This document shows, in pieces, positions 13,167 to 28,684 of a stretch of DNA of 64,000 bases; the first letter of the stretch is position 1, and every line of letters starts with the position of its first letter. Under the pieces are notes generated by a model. It had not been told where the DNA came from, searched no databases, and saw only the letters and a list, made by a program, of their open reading frames with translations. Made by a program: the position numbers and the translations under genes. Location of the stretch: positions 106,082,001 to 106,146,000 of the forward strand of contig OX597823.1 in the NCBI GenBank assembly GCA_951406725.2, given 5' to 3'. This DNA comes from Octopus vulgaris (lineage: Eukaryota).

Positions 13167-14678
13167 TAGTTTTATTTTTATAGCGTGCTTTCACTTCACT
13201 ACCGAGCGCAGCTCTGTGTGCCTTGGGTATGTGCTGTGATTTGTTGTGATGCTCTGATGGTTATTGTATGGAAAGTGCTCTGCGTAGGATGTGTGCAGTG
13301 CCTAGTAGTGCAATTTTCTGTATGATATATGTGTTTGTAAGTCCTGGTGTTTTTGTTATGTATATTTCGTTTATTTTTATTCTTGGGAGGTATGGTCGGT
13401 GGTCCATTTTGGGCTCTGTGGTTTTCAGTTCTAAGATTATTTTATTTTTTTATTATCATAATCATTAGGCTCCCCTTCGTTGTTTACATCGTGTTTGTTG
13501 GGAATGTTGCGTTTGTCTTCGTGTTTTACAGTTTCAGTGTTTATATTATTGGGCATTGTTGTGTTTTTCCTGGTGTATTTTTTTCTGGTGTATTTTTTCT
13601 TTTAAATGTTCTATTTCTATTTCTGATATTTTTTTGGCTTTGAGAATGTATCTTCGTACGTTAGCTAATTTATTAGGGTTCATTGCTGTATCCAAGTCTA
13701 TATCTCTATTATTTTCCTTCCATATTTTATATGTATGTGTTGTTGTATTTTCATTTTTGGGGTAGAGTACTGCTGTGTAGTATGCGTGTAAGATAGAAAT
13801 GTATTCCTCACGTGTCCATTTACGTCTTTTGGGTTTTATTTGCGGGACATGAGATACAACGTCCGGCCCATTATTTTGACGGTCGTCATTTTCGTAGGGT
13901 ACCGGTCCGTTTATTTCTGTTGTCACATTATTTCGCACGTGTAGTTTTTCGTACATTTTTTGTTGTAGGTTTAATGTACGTACCGCTCGATTGTTATTCT
14001 TGGGTTGAATAGTATCGGTGGCATTTAATTTCTTCGTAGTTCCTTTGTACATGGTGTTTGAGGTCGGGGATGATCGTGATGTTCCACGCATGTTTATATG
14101 AGTTGCGTTAGAGGTGGAGATAATATCGAGTCAAAATACATCATTTCGTTTCGAAAATAGTAATAAATTTCAATTAGTATTACTTACTCGGATACAGCCC
14201 AATTCTTTGTTAGCAAAACTTTGGCTCCATAGGATATCCTTGTTTTCGATGTTTGTGGATAGATTTCGGAGCTCTGAATTTTCCTTCTTACACCTTAAAC
14301 GTCCCCCGGTGTCCCTTAAACGTCCCCCGGTGTCACTTAAACGTCCCCCGGTGTCCTTAAACGTCCCCCGGTGTCCCTTAAACGTCCCCCGATGTCCCTT
14401 AAACGTCCCCCGGTGTCCTTAAACGTCCCCCGGTGTCCCTTAAACGTCCCCCGGTGTCCCTTAAACGTCCTCCGGTGACCCTTAAACGTCCCCCGGTGTC
14501 CCTTAAACGTCCCCCGGTGTCCCTTAAACGTCCCCCGGTGTCCCTTAAACGTCCCCCGGTGTCCTTAAACGTCCCCCGGTGTCCCTTAAACGTCCCCCGG
14601 TGACCTTAAACGTCTTCCGGTGTCCCTTAAACGTCCCCCGGTGACCTTAAACGTCCCCCGGTGTCCCTTAAACGTCCC
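13164..14678 (-). mobile_element. Internally deleted R4/Dong-clade element embedded in (TAA)n
   Basis: N-terminal ORF 14091-13546 (PKRRKWTREEYISILHAYY...NKLANVRRYILK) continues as ...KMDHRPYLPRIKN. It then jumps near 13365 to the C-terminus YITKTPGLTNTYIIQKIALLGTAHILRRALSIQ* (stop 13261-13263) and a short 3' UTR. (TAA)n lies on both sides. Confidence 0.85.
14293..14678. repeat. Tandem array of about 19 copies of a 20-21 bp unit (ccttaaacgtcccccggtgtc)
   Basis: Counted 19 aaacgtc cores; no unique spacers; abuts (TAT)n at 14679. Confidence 0.97.
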
Positions 14679-14730
<52 letters not shown>

Positions 14731-14773
14731 GTTATTATTATTATTATTATCATTATTATTATTATTATTATTA

Positions 14774-14829
<56 letters not shown>

Positions 14830-14910
14830 GTTGTTATTATTATTATTATTATTGTCGTTGTTATTATTATTATTTTTGTTATTATTATTTTTATTATTAT
14901 TATTATTATT

Positions 14911-15461
14911 GAGTGAGAGAGCAGTGCATGCCATCAAAGTGACACGGGTAAAATATACGAAGCTCATTACACCCATCATGACTGCCCATCTGATAAGGGT
15001 ACACTAGGCACATGCATCACAACCATATGTGCATGACATGGTGATCTCATATCAAGATAAACAGCACATGACTTTGCAGGTGGGGCCCAGTTAGAATTTT
15101 CTTCTGGTCGAGTAGCCCATCCCGCTCAAAAGGTCCCTGAATAAGGGTTGTTTGAGGATGATGAAAAAAACACCCATGCTTCCAGAGGTGAATAATTCAA
15201 ACCCCAAAGAATTCCTCTCAACACATGGCTAAAATGCTCCCTCACTACTTCTGCTCGTGATCAGAGATGCACATATCACCAGCCACTAAAGGACATGCTC
15301 AACTGGTTAAGGTCAAACAACTGACAAGCAAATCTGTGGTACTGAGCAAAATATTTGCTGTAGCCCATCTTTTATACCAAGACAAAACAATGTACATGAT
15401 AACACTTGCAATCAGTTAAGATCAGAAGCCACGAGAACCACTGCCTGGTACTGCATCAGGG
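14911..15461. mobile_element. 551-bp noncoding interspersed element inserted in (TTA)n, copy 1
   Basis: gagtgagagagcag...cctggtactgcatcaggg; colinear with 36538-37088, same termini, TTA tracts on both sides. Confidence 0.9.
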
Positions 15462-15498
15462 TATTTATTATTATTATTATTAATTATTATAATTATTG

Positions 15499-15581
<83 letters not shown>

Positions 15582-15654
15582 GTTGTTGTTGTTATTATTA
15601 TTTTTATTATTATTATTATTGTCGTTTTTATTATTATTATTTTTGTTATTATTA

Positions 15655-15688
<34 letters not shown>

Positions 15689-15693
15689 CATCA

Positions 15694-15773
<80 letters not shown>

Positions 15774-15848
15774 GTTGTTGTTGTTATTATTATTTTTATT
15801 ATTATTATTATTATTGTCGTTTTTATTATTATTATTTTGTTATTATTA

Positions 15849-15883
<35 letters not shown>

Positions 15884-15888
15884 ATCAT

Positions 15889-15952
<64 letters not shown>

Positions 15953-15956
15953 GTTA

Positions 15957-16000
<44 letters not shown>

Positions 16001-16030
16001 GTTATTATTATTATTATTATTATTATTGTC
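15462..16030. repeat. Interrupted (TAT)n microsatellite with internal duplication
   Basis: Direct reading; the variant block ttgttgttgttattattatttttattattat...gtcgttttt recurs at about 15580 and 15775. Confidence 0.95.
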
Positions 16031-16495
16031 ATCATCACGACGATGACGACGACGACCACCACCTCTACCACCACCATCACGATCATCACCACGACCATCA
16101 CCACCACAATCACCATTGTCATTGTTATTGTTATTAGTTTTATTGTTGGTGTTGTTGTTTACGTCGTCGTTTTCGTCGTTGTTGTTGTTGTTTGTTGTTG
16201 TCATAGATATTATCGCCAATATTGATAATAATATTAATAATGATGGTCTTTTTATTGTCATTGTCTTTCACGATGTTGTTGCTTTATTTTATGTGTTTTC
16301 TAATTTTGTTTTTTTTTACCATTTATTTGTTTCCTCGTTCTCGACATCGTTGACTTCGTTGTTGCTGTCATCGGCGTCTTGCTGTCATCGCTGTTTCTTT
16401 GGTCGTCGCTTTTAACGATTTTAATTGTTTTTGAATTTTCACATTCTTTTTTATTGGCATGAATTCTTGGTGCAAATATCGTTGCATTGACTGGT

Positions 16496-16540
<45 letters not shown>

Positions 16541-16769
16541 CTAGTAGTAGTAGTAGTTGCTGCTGCTGCTGTTATTATTTCTGTTTTTCTTACAGCAGCA
16601 GTAGCAGTAGGTGTAGGAGCAGCAATAGTAGCATCATCATAATCATCGTTATAATCATCGTACCACCACTGATACCATCACCACCACCACCATCACCACC
16701 ATCAACCACCACCACCACCATCACTACTACTACCACCATCACCACCTCCACCACCATCAATACTACTAC

Positions 16770-16982
16770 TATTTCTTTATTACCCATATCGGACAAACAA
16801 GGACAGACATAGGTATTAAGTCGATTACATCGCAGCAGTGCGTAACTGGTACTTAATTTATCGACCCCGAAAGGATGAAAGGCAAAGTCGACCTCGGCGG
16901 AATTTGAACTCACAATGTAACGCAGACGAAATACCGCTAAGCATTTCGCCCGGCGTGCTAACGTTTCTGCCAGCTCGCCTCC
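16770..16982 (-). mobile_element. SINE family A, near full length
   Basis: Reverse complement of ggcgagctggcagaaacgttagcacgccgggcgaaatg...gagttcaaattccgccgaggtcgactttgcctttcatcctttcggggtcgataaattaagtaccag. Confidence 0.9.
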
Positions 16983-17000
16983 TTCAATACTACACATCAA

Positions 17001-17054
<54 letters not shown>

Positions 17055-17079
17055 TACCACCACCACCACCACCACCACC

Positions 17080-17172
<93 letters not shown>

Positions 17173-17692
17173 CATATCAGGCCATGAAAAGAGAAGCAAA
17201 TCATGTATATTTATAGCTGAAGGATTGTAGAAAAATGCAAACCTTATATCAATAGCAACGAAAATCATATCCAAAATCATAACCAAAATATTTGTCCCGA
17301 AGAACTCAAATGGATGTAATTAAAAGCTGGAAACTTGCAGGTTTGCAAGCCCACCCATAAGATAGTTTCACGATACTCGACATGCAAATCCATATGAAAA
17401 AGTATGTTTATACAACTCCGGGTGTCGAGAACTTCCATTTGACATCAACAATTTTCGGAAAAATTATATCACCTCCTTTCTTTCCTTCTATACCTTAATT
17501 CTTCGCTGATCGTTTTCTTTGTTTTTCTTCCTTTCCTCCACACTTTTTACTTTACAATCTACCTCTTATTCTGAGTTGAAACTACCGTCACGATGTACAT
17601 GAAATTGTTTATCACTAACTCTTCACCCGAATCCTTTCAAATTATCTTTCCAATTCAACGGGGTGGTAATGTATTTGCCATGGGTCCACGAA

Positions 17693-17742
<50 letters not shown>

Positions 17743-18614
17743 AACACGGGTTAAAATTAGAAATATAATAAAATGTTATATATTTTTTTCCAGAATGCTC
17801 ATGCCAAAAAACGGAAGCAGGGACTACATTTCTGATGCACGAAGCAGATCACGCGCACAAAGAGCCAGTTGAATAAGTCAACTAGTACAGTAATTGTGAA
17901 TGCATTTGAGTGATATTACAGTCACTGTGCACTATTTGCGCAAAAAAATTTACATAAATATTATCCCCCAGATGATGGAATACGCTGCCAGTATATTTCA
18001 GTGGACATTGAAACGCAGAAATGTGCACTACGCAACCACTCTAGAAACAGGTGTAAAGAAATAACGTCGCAAGTCTTTTCTATCAATTCGAAGGTTTTAT
18101 TTATGACATCATTAATCTATTTACCAAACTGTTTCATCAACACTCGAAACGTCATTTCTATCTTATCCTGGAGCATACATATTCTACATCTGAACTATTA
18201 TGAACTTCTCACATTCTGGTCTATTCCTGAACTCCTGCTATAAATATTCCTTATATATATATATATACATTTTTACAAGAAAGGAAAATTGCCGAGTGGA
18301 TTGTCCTCTTCTGTATGCTGAATACTTTTACGACAGTGTCTAACATATCTAATAGAGAGAGTTGAAAATGTTCTGTTAACTAAGATTATCCTTGCAATTA
18401 CAAAACGAAATATATTAAAATTTCGTCCATACAAACACACACACACAGATACACATACACACATACACACACACACATACACACACACACACAAACACAT
18501 ACACAACTATGAATAGAAATGCATATATTTATAGATACACGCCAATACAACTATAAATACATAAATACATGCATATATTTATACAAATTACATACACGTA
18601 TACATGCATAGCTA

Positions 18615-18652
<38 letters not shown>

Positions 18653-19946
18653 TGTGTGTGTATGTGTATGAGTACATAAGCATATATTCATATATAAATA
18701 CACGAAAAGTTACAAATGCTGTCAAAATTCCAATAAAAGACACATGTTTGTGTGTTGAAAACCGGCTGTTTTTGTCATACATGTATACATACATGCATTA
18801 AGCGTACATACATGCATACATACACGCATACGTATCTACATATAAACATGCATGTATATATACATACTTACATACGTACACACGCACACGTACTTAATAT
18901 AAGCATATATACACACGTATGCACATACATACCTACATGTGGACACACATTGCTTCTAAAAATTCCGCTGCACTTCTCTGCGCTTGTGTTCAATAAGCCA
19001 GTTTTGCTATCAGGAAAACAGTAAACAGACAGCCGTCAACTAGGTTAACTGCTATTAGTCTAAGAACCCACATGAAACATTAATGCATTCCTCCTGTAGG
19101 GAATAAAGCTCAAATATAACCGCTACAATTGAGCAAATTAATTCATTGTTCTTTCGGTCGTTTTCGCCTTTTGTCTTCGATTGTTTCCATTCTAATGGGA
19201 CTTATTCTTAGAAATGTGCGACGAAATACAAATGTGTGTGTGTGTGTGTGTATGAATGTATACATAGATACATACTACATACATACATACATACCTACAT
19301 ACCTACATACAGATAAGCGTGTTTGTATGTGAGAAAGAGTGGGAGAGAAAGTATGTGTGTGTACGTGTGTACAACAAAACGAAAAAATATATACAACGGG
19401 TACAAATAAGTTATTAATTTTATATGAATATATATATATGTGTGTGTGTGCGTGTATGTATGTGTATCTGTGTGTTTTTATATATATATGTGTGTGCATG
19501 TACATATGTATGTATGCATGTAAGAATGTATGAAAGTGTGTATGTATGTATGCAACAAAACTAAATTCGTAAGTATAAATAGCATACACAAATTATATAT
19601 ATATATTCTTTTACTTGTTTCAGTCACTGGACTGCGGCCATGCTTGAGTACCGCCTTAGTATATAGATATGTGAAATTTGAATATTCATTTTAACATTGT
19701 GACGGCATCTGAACGATATGATAGATTATTTTCACGTTTTTTTTATTTATTCCATCTCCTTCTCCCTTATTTTTTTTACTCTTTTCACCTTTTTCTTCTC
19801 TTCCCTAACTCACATGCTCATGCACACATTCACAGAGCACCCAACACACATTCGTAACTGGAGTTATATACCTCTAGGTACATATGCGTACCTGCCTACA
19901 TTTCTATGTACACATACATACATACATACATACATACATACATACA

Positions 19947-19978
<32 letters not shown>

Positions 19979-20799
19979 CATATACATATACATACATACA
20001 GATTAGGTTCCGGACTATCTCTCGGTGACACACCTTCAGGTTTACATGAGCGTTCCCTCCGTCTTGATATGGTCTTATAATATATGTAACATCAGTGTTA
20101 GTCTACGTTTTAAAAATATACCAGCATGCACATCTTACTATATGCGTATGCATGTATGTGTGTGTGTGTTTGTGTTAGTGTGTGAATATGTGTTTTGCAT
20201 GCTTGTGTATGTACATATATGATTATACATACAAATCCAGCCATATCTATATATATATGTATATATACATGGGAATATAGAAATTTCGAAATGTATACAG
20301 ACATACACATACTCACATATATATGTTTATACATAGATACACATACATATATACATTCCTTTGTACTGGCACCATACGCATACAGGCAAAGCATATATAA
20401 TGCATACTTGCTCACGCCCACACATATACACATTTATATATGTACGTACAAATACCTTTATGCGTACATAATACACACATGCGTTTGTACGTAGATAAAT
20501 CCATACATCATACACACATTGACACATGCGTTCAGAAATCTAGTCTTTGTCTAAATGCGTTGAAAGCAATATGAGAATGCGTAAACCAAGAGATCTTGTC
20601 TATAAATTGGGTGTTTACTATTTCCAGAGTATTTTAACACAGAAGATGTATTCAGTTATTGTAGAACCTACAGGGAACTAATGGCAAATCTTCAATATAT
20701 ATATTCATAGCAGCACACAGCAGAAATAAATGACACCCTAAATAATCCAATATGATGCAGAATCTAAGAATGGTAATATGTATACTGTTGAATAATTAT

Positions 20800-21750
20800 A
20801 TTGATTTTTTTTTTTACTCAGGCATAAAGCAAGTTGTAATTCTTTGAAATCTTCCTGTATAGAAGACGCTGGATTCCAATTAAGAAATAAAGCTTCATTC
20901 TTAGAATTTGGTTAGCAGTAACAATAAAGTGTTACACCTAGAATTTTTGAAACCTTGCATATTCCAACTGTTCTGCTTGCATTATAATTTGTAAAATAAT
21001 AACTCTTGGGTACTTTCCTTCTTTGATCGAAAATAAGATCGTGTTGTAAACATGTGTACCAATTACTATGTGAACAAATGTAAATATATGGCCTGTATGA
21101 GGAGACTATGATATTCAAAGTTTGTTTGAGATGATCTGGAGAATTTTCTGCCAATTTTTCGTCTAGGTTGAGCTTCAAAACAGATGTCTGTCAATGTTTT
21201 CTTTGTTTACTTATTTTGAAAGAAACGTTCACATATAGATGCGGCAGCTGGTTTCCACAACAGTACATAATTCTTGCTTTCTGGTCTAAACAAGAATATC
21301 AGACATAATTAGAATTGACTGAGACTTTCCATCAATATTGGTTGCATTGCTACGCATGAATATACTCTACATCAGACATTATTTTATATTTGTTCGACAG
21401 ATGGCATTGTATATTGTTTTTGCAGCAATGATATACCACATGTGAAGGTCAAATTTTGATGACATCTTGTGGAGGCTTCTACCCTTATGCATAAATAATG
21501 TTCCCATTGACATACGATAAATAAAATTTCAGCCGCATCATTGGACTTTAAATATTTTCAAGTCTATTTTGTTCAATAGGGATTTTATAGCCATTTCTTG
21601 CTTTTGGATTACGAAAGAACAATCTGTGACACAACGGTCACGAGTCGAGAAGTTACACGCATTGTCAATAATGGCATTATATTAGGGAAAGTTGCCCATG
21701 CATAAACTGTTGGTATACGGCGTGTTGTCATATTCCTTTGGTCATATCAA
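20800..21750 (-). pseudogene. Possible highly decayed Penelope-like RT/GIY-YIG remnant
   Basis: Minus-strand fragments YQQ..MG (about 21690-21720), FYLSYVNG (like RYVDD, about 21510-21535) and EALFLNWNPASSIQ (like EALxI...PxLNxQ, about 20855-20900) occur in PLE order. Very degenerate. Confidence 0.35.
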
Positions 21751-22327
21751 ATAGCTTCCAGATACCCCAACTCATTGCATGTTCACCCTCAACTCATTAC
21801 ATGTTCCTCTCCTCACTTTTGAGCATCTGGTTGATGTATATGTTTTTGTCGTTGGTGTGTAAGAGTTGATATTTTATACTGTTCGGCTCTCTGGGCAACT
21901 CTTATGCTCCTTCACATCTCTTTCTGAGCTGTGAATGAATCGATGCCATATGAACATTTTGCGTGTTTTAATAAGTATCGACTGCATTTTCTTTATAGTC
22001 CTAAAGGTCCTAGAATTAGACTTAGTCCGTTATTGGATATTTTCTTGATGATAGTCAGAGGTATAAAGCTCAGTCAGTTAGTTCCAAGACCACTCAAAAG
22101 AACTCAAGAACGTCAAACTCTAGTTTTCAAAAACTGGCGTTAGGCTCTTTGTTCACTCTATCTTAACGCACAATACCTTTATTTAATAGATTTTCGTTAA
22201 TACTTGGGTATTTATATCAAACATTGTGAGAAAAAGGAAAAAGAGAGAAGTGAACTGTTCTAAGAAACGTTAAGAAAGTTTTTACAAGAGCTATCACGGA
22301 GCAGCATTGTGTATGGTTGTATTTTTC

Positions 22328-22870
<543 letters not shown>

Positions 22871-23076
22871 CAGTATATCTTTTATTTTGTTTCAGTTTTT
22901 AAACTGCAGCCATGCTAGGGCACGCCTTAAATATTTTATTGGAAAAGATCGACTCTTGTAGCTGATTCTGTCGGCTACTTATTGTGAAACCGCTAGCTTA
23001 AGAAGACGTAAACAAACCAGCACCGATTGTCAAGCGGTGGTGGGGATCTATCACAAGCTCACATACGTAGATAAAC

Positions 23077-23250
23077 AAGATTAATCAGCTGAAATTGCGA
23101 GGATGATCCGGTTCTTGACTGAGGATAGGAAGCTTCGAATGACCCGTCCTTGTTTTTTTGTATCGTCTGTCTGGATGTTTTGTTGTCCCTTTTTGTATCA
23201 ACTAGTTGTCCGGGTGTTTTGTATTCTTGTTCCATTTTGTATTTTATATA
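23077..23250. repeat. Dispersed about 175-bp repeat, copy 2
   Basis: Near-identical to 9183-9360. Confidence 0.85.
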
Positions 23251-24021
23251 TAGATAAACACATACACACATGCACACACAAACAGATACACACACGTCGA
23301 CACCATTTATTCCCTACCAACCACTCCACCTTACACCTCATGTCTTCGATCTGGTCATACACCATAGATCCACTACTATTAGATTTCGGCCTCAACAGAA
23401 TGACATCTTCTCTTTTCAAAAACATATACAGTTTGGACTAAACCCCACCTCCTTCCTGAAACAGCTTTCTCATTGTTTTTTTTTGTGTGTGTTTCTTTTA
23501 AAATTTAATTTTAGTTTTTTAATTTTATTTTAATTTCTCAACATTAAAAAGAATTAATTTAAAATAATTCTTAATTCACAGCTTATTTTGATTTTGAGTT
23601 GCTAATTAGTTTAATTAATTTTTACAAGATTATTTTTATTTTTAATTCATCTTCCACACACTGCTACACACCCATATACTTAACTCAGATCCTCCCCACA
23701 CTACATACATACAACACACACACATATGTTTCCAGGTACAAAAAAAAATCATCACCCACACCAACACATACAGATATGCAAATATATATAGACACATACA
23801 CATCCACATCCACACACACACGCACATACAAACGTACACACACATAGAGATACAAGCACATACTCGTACACACGCACTCACACGCACAAACACACACGCA
23901 CACACATAGCAAAACCAACGCACTCACGCGCTTGTCAACTTGACTCTCGCCACCAAATCTAACTGCTTCTACAAACCTGTTAGTTCCACACCCTCATATG
24001 CGCATCACTCACATAAGCACA

Positions 24022-24058
<37 letters not shown>

Positions 24059-24318
24059 TGGCTATTTTCGCACTCTATTACCTTCAGAAACCCTTTTCTC
24101 AACCTCTTTCCATTTCCTGTCATTTCAGTCATGTAAACTGACTCGTGGTATTCACTTCCTTCTCTCGGAATCTTTCTTCTTTCCTTTTTATGATGAAGTG
24201 TCATGCTTGAAACGTCGCACAACCTCTTTTTCCATCTCAAAGTGAGCGTCAACGTAATGCATTCACTGTGTACGTCCTTTTCACTTTTGTTGATATTCTT
24301 TAATTTCTTATTTGCCTT

Positions 24319-24393
<75 letters not shown>

Positions 24394-24432
24394 ATAGTGT
24401 TACTGGACGCTCATGAAAGGAAAGAAAGAAGG

Positions 24433-24467
24433 ACTTAACGTTTCGAGCGGAGCTCTTCGTCAGAGAC
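24433..24467 (-). ncRNA. Minimal type I hammerhead motif (family H2) in a short repeat (24398-24536)
   Basis: Minus strand gtct-CTGACGA-a-gagc(tcc)gctc-GAAAC-GT-T-aag. Core intact, palindromic AACGTT stem III, stem I weak. Confidence 0.7.
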
Positions 24468-24533
24468 ATAGCAAAAGGAAAGATCCAAGTAAGGGAAGAC
24501 GGAGGAAAAAATCGCCAACGATACACACGCGGT

Positions 24534-24624
<91 letters not shown>

Positions 24625-25010
24625 GTGTATATATATACACGTCTACCAAATGCACTCACAATGTTTTGGTCGGCCTCGAGCTACAGTAAAAGACACTTAA
24701 CCAAAGTGCCAAGCAAAGAGATTGAAACCAGAACCATATGCATGTGTGAGTGTATTTATGCTTGTGTGTATATCTGTGTGCGCATCTGTGTGTGTGTGCG
24801 TCTGTGTGTCTGTGTTTATAATGAGCATTATCTGTATTTGCTTGTATTTGTGCATCGACATTTCTTTATTAAAGTAGTGGATATCCAGTCAAGTTGCTAA
24901 ACAGTGTTATACTATACCTATATATCTTAACTATATTGCATGTGAAGCAAAGAGAGAGGAAAAAGAATGTCTTCACACACATACAACACTCAGCTCCTCT
25001 CATCACATAC

Positions 25011-25042
<32 letters not shown>

Positions 25043-26382
25043 GCGTGTGTGTATATGTATGTGTACTGGTATGTATACTGACATATATGGATTAATGTGT
25101 ATACATACATATGTAGGCAGAAGCACATGTAGATATATCTTACGTATGTGTGTGAACAGGAATATTATACTCACACGGAGCACATATAAGTGTATGTCTT
25201 GCCGTAGATATTGGTCTGTGCATAAGAGATTTGCTGTATGAAATTGCACATATCTACTCAAAAACATATATGCACATACACATTGATATAGATATAGTCG
25301 CATATTAATATGAATAACCACATATATGTCTGTATGTGTGTGAGTGTGTGTGAGCGCGAGCGTGCGTATGAAAGCATGGGTGTTTGCGGATTTATATGTG
25401 TATATGTGTATATATATATGAGCGTGTGTATATGTATGTGTGTGTATATATATTAATATATATTTTTAATATACAGGCATACGTATATATATACATACAC
25501 ACATAGATTCATATACATACATACACACATAGACACACACGCACACACACACATACACACACACACACGCATATATATTCGTATGTATGTATGGTATGTA
25601 TGTACGTATGTGTGTATAAAAGAGTGTTTGCACCTACGCGAAAGAAGTATGAGATGTTAATGTCCAGAGCGTATTAATCTATATGGCGAGATTTTGATGA
25701 ATGCTTTGACAAACATTCGGCTACGGTAGTCCGGAAACGAAATTGGCGCCATTTTCTTTTCGCTCTTATTGTCTACTGCCGACCGGGGACAGGTGGTGCC
25801 ACCTTACGGGAGAAAACGTGACCGACACTTTACGTTATTCTGTCGGTTTATATATATATATTATAGGAAAAGAAGGGAGGAAAAAACAAAAAGACGAAAC
25901 CAACAAACAAAAAAAAGAAGCGACAAAGCCTGCGGTGTTTGTTCTTTTGATAAGTTTATTGCTTTAAACGCCAAGCGGTCGTCTGCATTGAAGAGGATAA
26001 GAGGCAGAGAGGCTAGAGAATGTAGGGGAATAGAGGGAATAAGTGAATAATAGTATGAAAGAATCACATCATTGGTTGATGAAAATAGTAAAGAATCTAA
26101 GAAGAAAAACAAGAAAACGAATATAAAAATGAAGGATAATGATAAAGGGACGCCGAGTAGTCAAACTTGGATTTAGATTAATAAGAAATCACAATTACAG
26201 CGGCAACAACAACAACAAAAGCAACAAAAACTGTACTGTTTGTTGTAACTTAAGTAACAACAACAACAACAGTAACAATAGCAATAATGACAGCAACAGA
26301 AGAGATACACTTTTTGTATTAATAAGAGAAGTGCTCAACAACGACAGAGGCAACGTCTAAAGCAATTTCAACATACATACAC

Positions 26383-26556
<174 letters not shown>

Positions 26557-27205
26557 AGAACCGCAGCAGCAGCTAGAGCCGTTCAAGAATTTGGACCTGG
26601 AGATTTCCGTTTCCAGCGACTTCGAGGGCCACCTCCTAGTGGTGTCAGGCGTCAACGAAGAAGCCCTCGACTACAACAAGACGACCAAAGTTTTTTTTAT
26701 TTTTTCCAAGGTCTGGGATCTCCCGCCACTAAGCCCTAGACCATCACCTAATCACCCTTACCCGTCTTGTTGCTTAACAACAGCAGCAGCAGCAACAACA
26801 ACAACAACAATTACATTAATATATATATTATCAGAAAAATTACAGCGGATATCTGTCCGGTCACTCAACTTCCTACAAATAGCTACCAAATCTCCCTAAA
26901 GCAACCACGTCCTATTTTTAAATAACTGCGGAATGGTCACGGTTGGAATACTTTATAGGTGTACTTTTCCAGGGCTCAACTGATACTGAGCAATGACGAA
27001 ACAGCAGCATGTCTCAAAAATAACATGAACAGCACCATAAGAAATATTATAACTATCATAATAGCTCCCACTACCACCATCGCCTCCACCACCGTCACCA
27101 GTGCCAACGTCACCAGCGACGCCACCGCCACCGCTGCTACCATTATCACCATCATTACAACGAAAGCACCAATTAAAAGTACTAAAATAGAACAAAGGAT
27201 TTATA

Positions 27206-27372
27206 TATTTCTCTACTACCCGCAAGGGACTAAACACAGAGAGGACAAACAAGGACAGACAAACAGATTAAGTCGACTACATCGACCCCAGTGCGTAACT
27301 GGTACTTAATTTATCGACCCCGAAAGAATGAAAGGCAAAGTCGACCTCGGCGGAATTTGAACCCAGAACGTA
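27206..27372 (-). mobile_element. SINE family A, 5'-truncated
   Basis: tttctctactacccgcaagggactaaacacagagaggacaaac...ggcaaagtcgacctcggcggaatttgaac. Confidence 0.85.
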
Positions 27373-27499
27373 AATGGAATTCCATTCATACAGAACACCA
27401 ACAACATTAACGCATTCTCCTCAACCATTCTAGATTTTGTAATAACAAGAACAACAGTAGCAACAATAGCAACAAGTGCTTTCGCAGTCCGTTACAAAG

Positions 27500-27778
27500 A
27501 CACGCTTGTTCCAGCTGACCCGATCGACGGAACAGCCTGCTTGAGCGCTCCAAGGATACGTGAACCCTTAACGGAGTTCCCAAGGAGATTCAACGTGACA
27601 CAAAATGTGACAAAGCTGGACATTTGAATTACAGGTACTATTCAATTTTGCCAGCTGAGTGGTCTGGGACAAAGTGAAATAAAATGTCTTGCTCAAGGAT
27701 AGAACGCGTTGCCAGGAATTGAACTCATGATCTTAAGATAATGAGTCGAATACCTTAACCACTAAGCCACGCGCCTTC
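27500..27778 (-). mobile_element. tRNA-derived CORE-like SINE, family C
   Basis: Minus strand gaaggcgcgtggcttagtggttaagg (A box), gagttcaattcc (B box), ccttgagcaagacattttatttcac...cactcagctg. Confidence 0.8.
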
Positions 27779-28684
27779 ACAGCAATAACAATTAGAACCA
27801 TCAACAACAATACTTGCAATATCTTCGGTTAGTAAAAGCGCTGTTATAAAACTTATCTGTGTCTACAGTGTATATTAGAATAACAACAACAACAATAACA
27901 AGCAAACAAGGGAACCTCTGCGTGTTTCTCAACCCACAAGAAATAGTAGACAAGAGTTACTTAAATCAGGGACTACTAATAAGGCACACGGAATGATATT
28001 GACCGGAATACGTTGTATCTAAAAAAAAAAAAGTGGGGAGGAAAATGGAATCGTTTTGGTTCAAATACTCTTAGTTGTATGTTTACTTTGATCAGGATAG
28101 ATTTAGGCTAAATGATAATAAAAATGATACCAATAACACCAATAACAAGAATAACCGCATCAGCTACAATAATGGCGTCAAGTACTGAAAAACAAAGCAA
28201 AGACAGAGTCAATTAGATTGTAAATGACAAAAACAACATTGCAAAATTAGTCACAAAATAACAACAGTCTAATAAGGGTGATGTCATAACAACAGGATAA
28301 ACAGTATATAAATAACAATATTAATAACAACACTAACAGCATAACAGCGATAAGGACAACATAGCAACAGTATAAAAATTCCTGAAGTCACATAGATTAG
28401 TGAAATACTTATTAAATCTTAACTCTTCGAATACGGAATACAAACTACAATGAGACATCATAGCAAGAAAACTTTGTGTTCACAAGCAACATAAAAAAAG
28501 TGCATTCAGTGTTCTACTGAAGCACCACATATTTTATTAAGGTATTCAAAAACTACTTAACATACAAACGGGATGTTTTTCTTGTGCAAACCTGAAATTT
28601 TAAGACGTTTAAATGTTATAAATTCAATACTACCAAAATAAGATGGTAAGTAATAGTCGAATATATAACATGGGTTGAATTTAA

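Noticed and set aside
14293-14678. CRISPR-like array
   Set aside because: Units are directly tandem with no unique spacers; no cas genes; eukaryotic context.
15440-15461. Resemblance of cctggtactgca to the U2 snRNA 3' stem-loop
   Set aside because: Too short; no Sm site or 5' U2 sequence.
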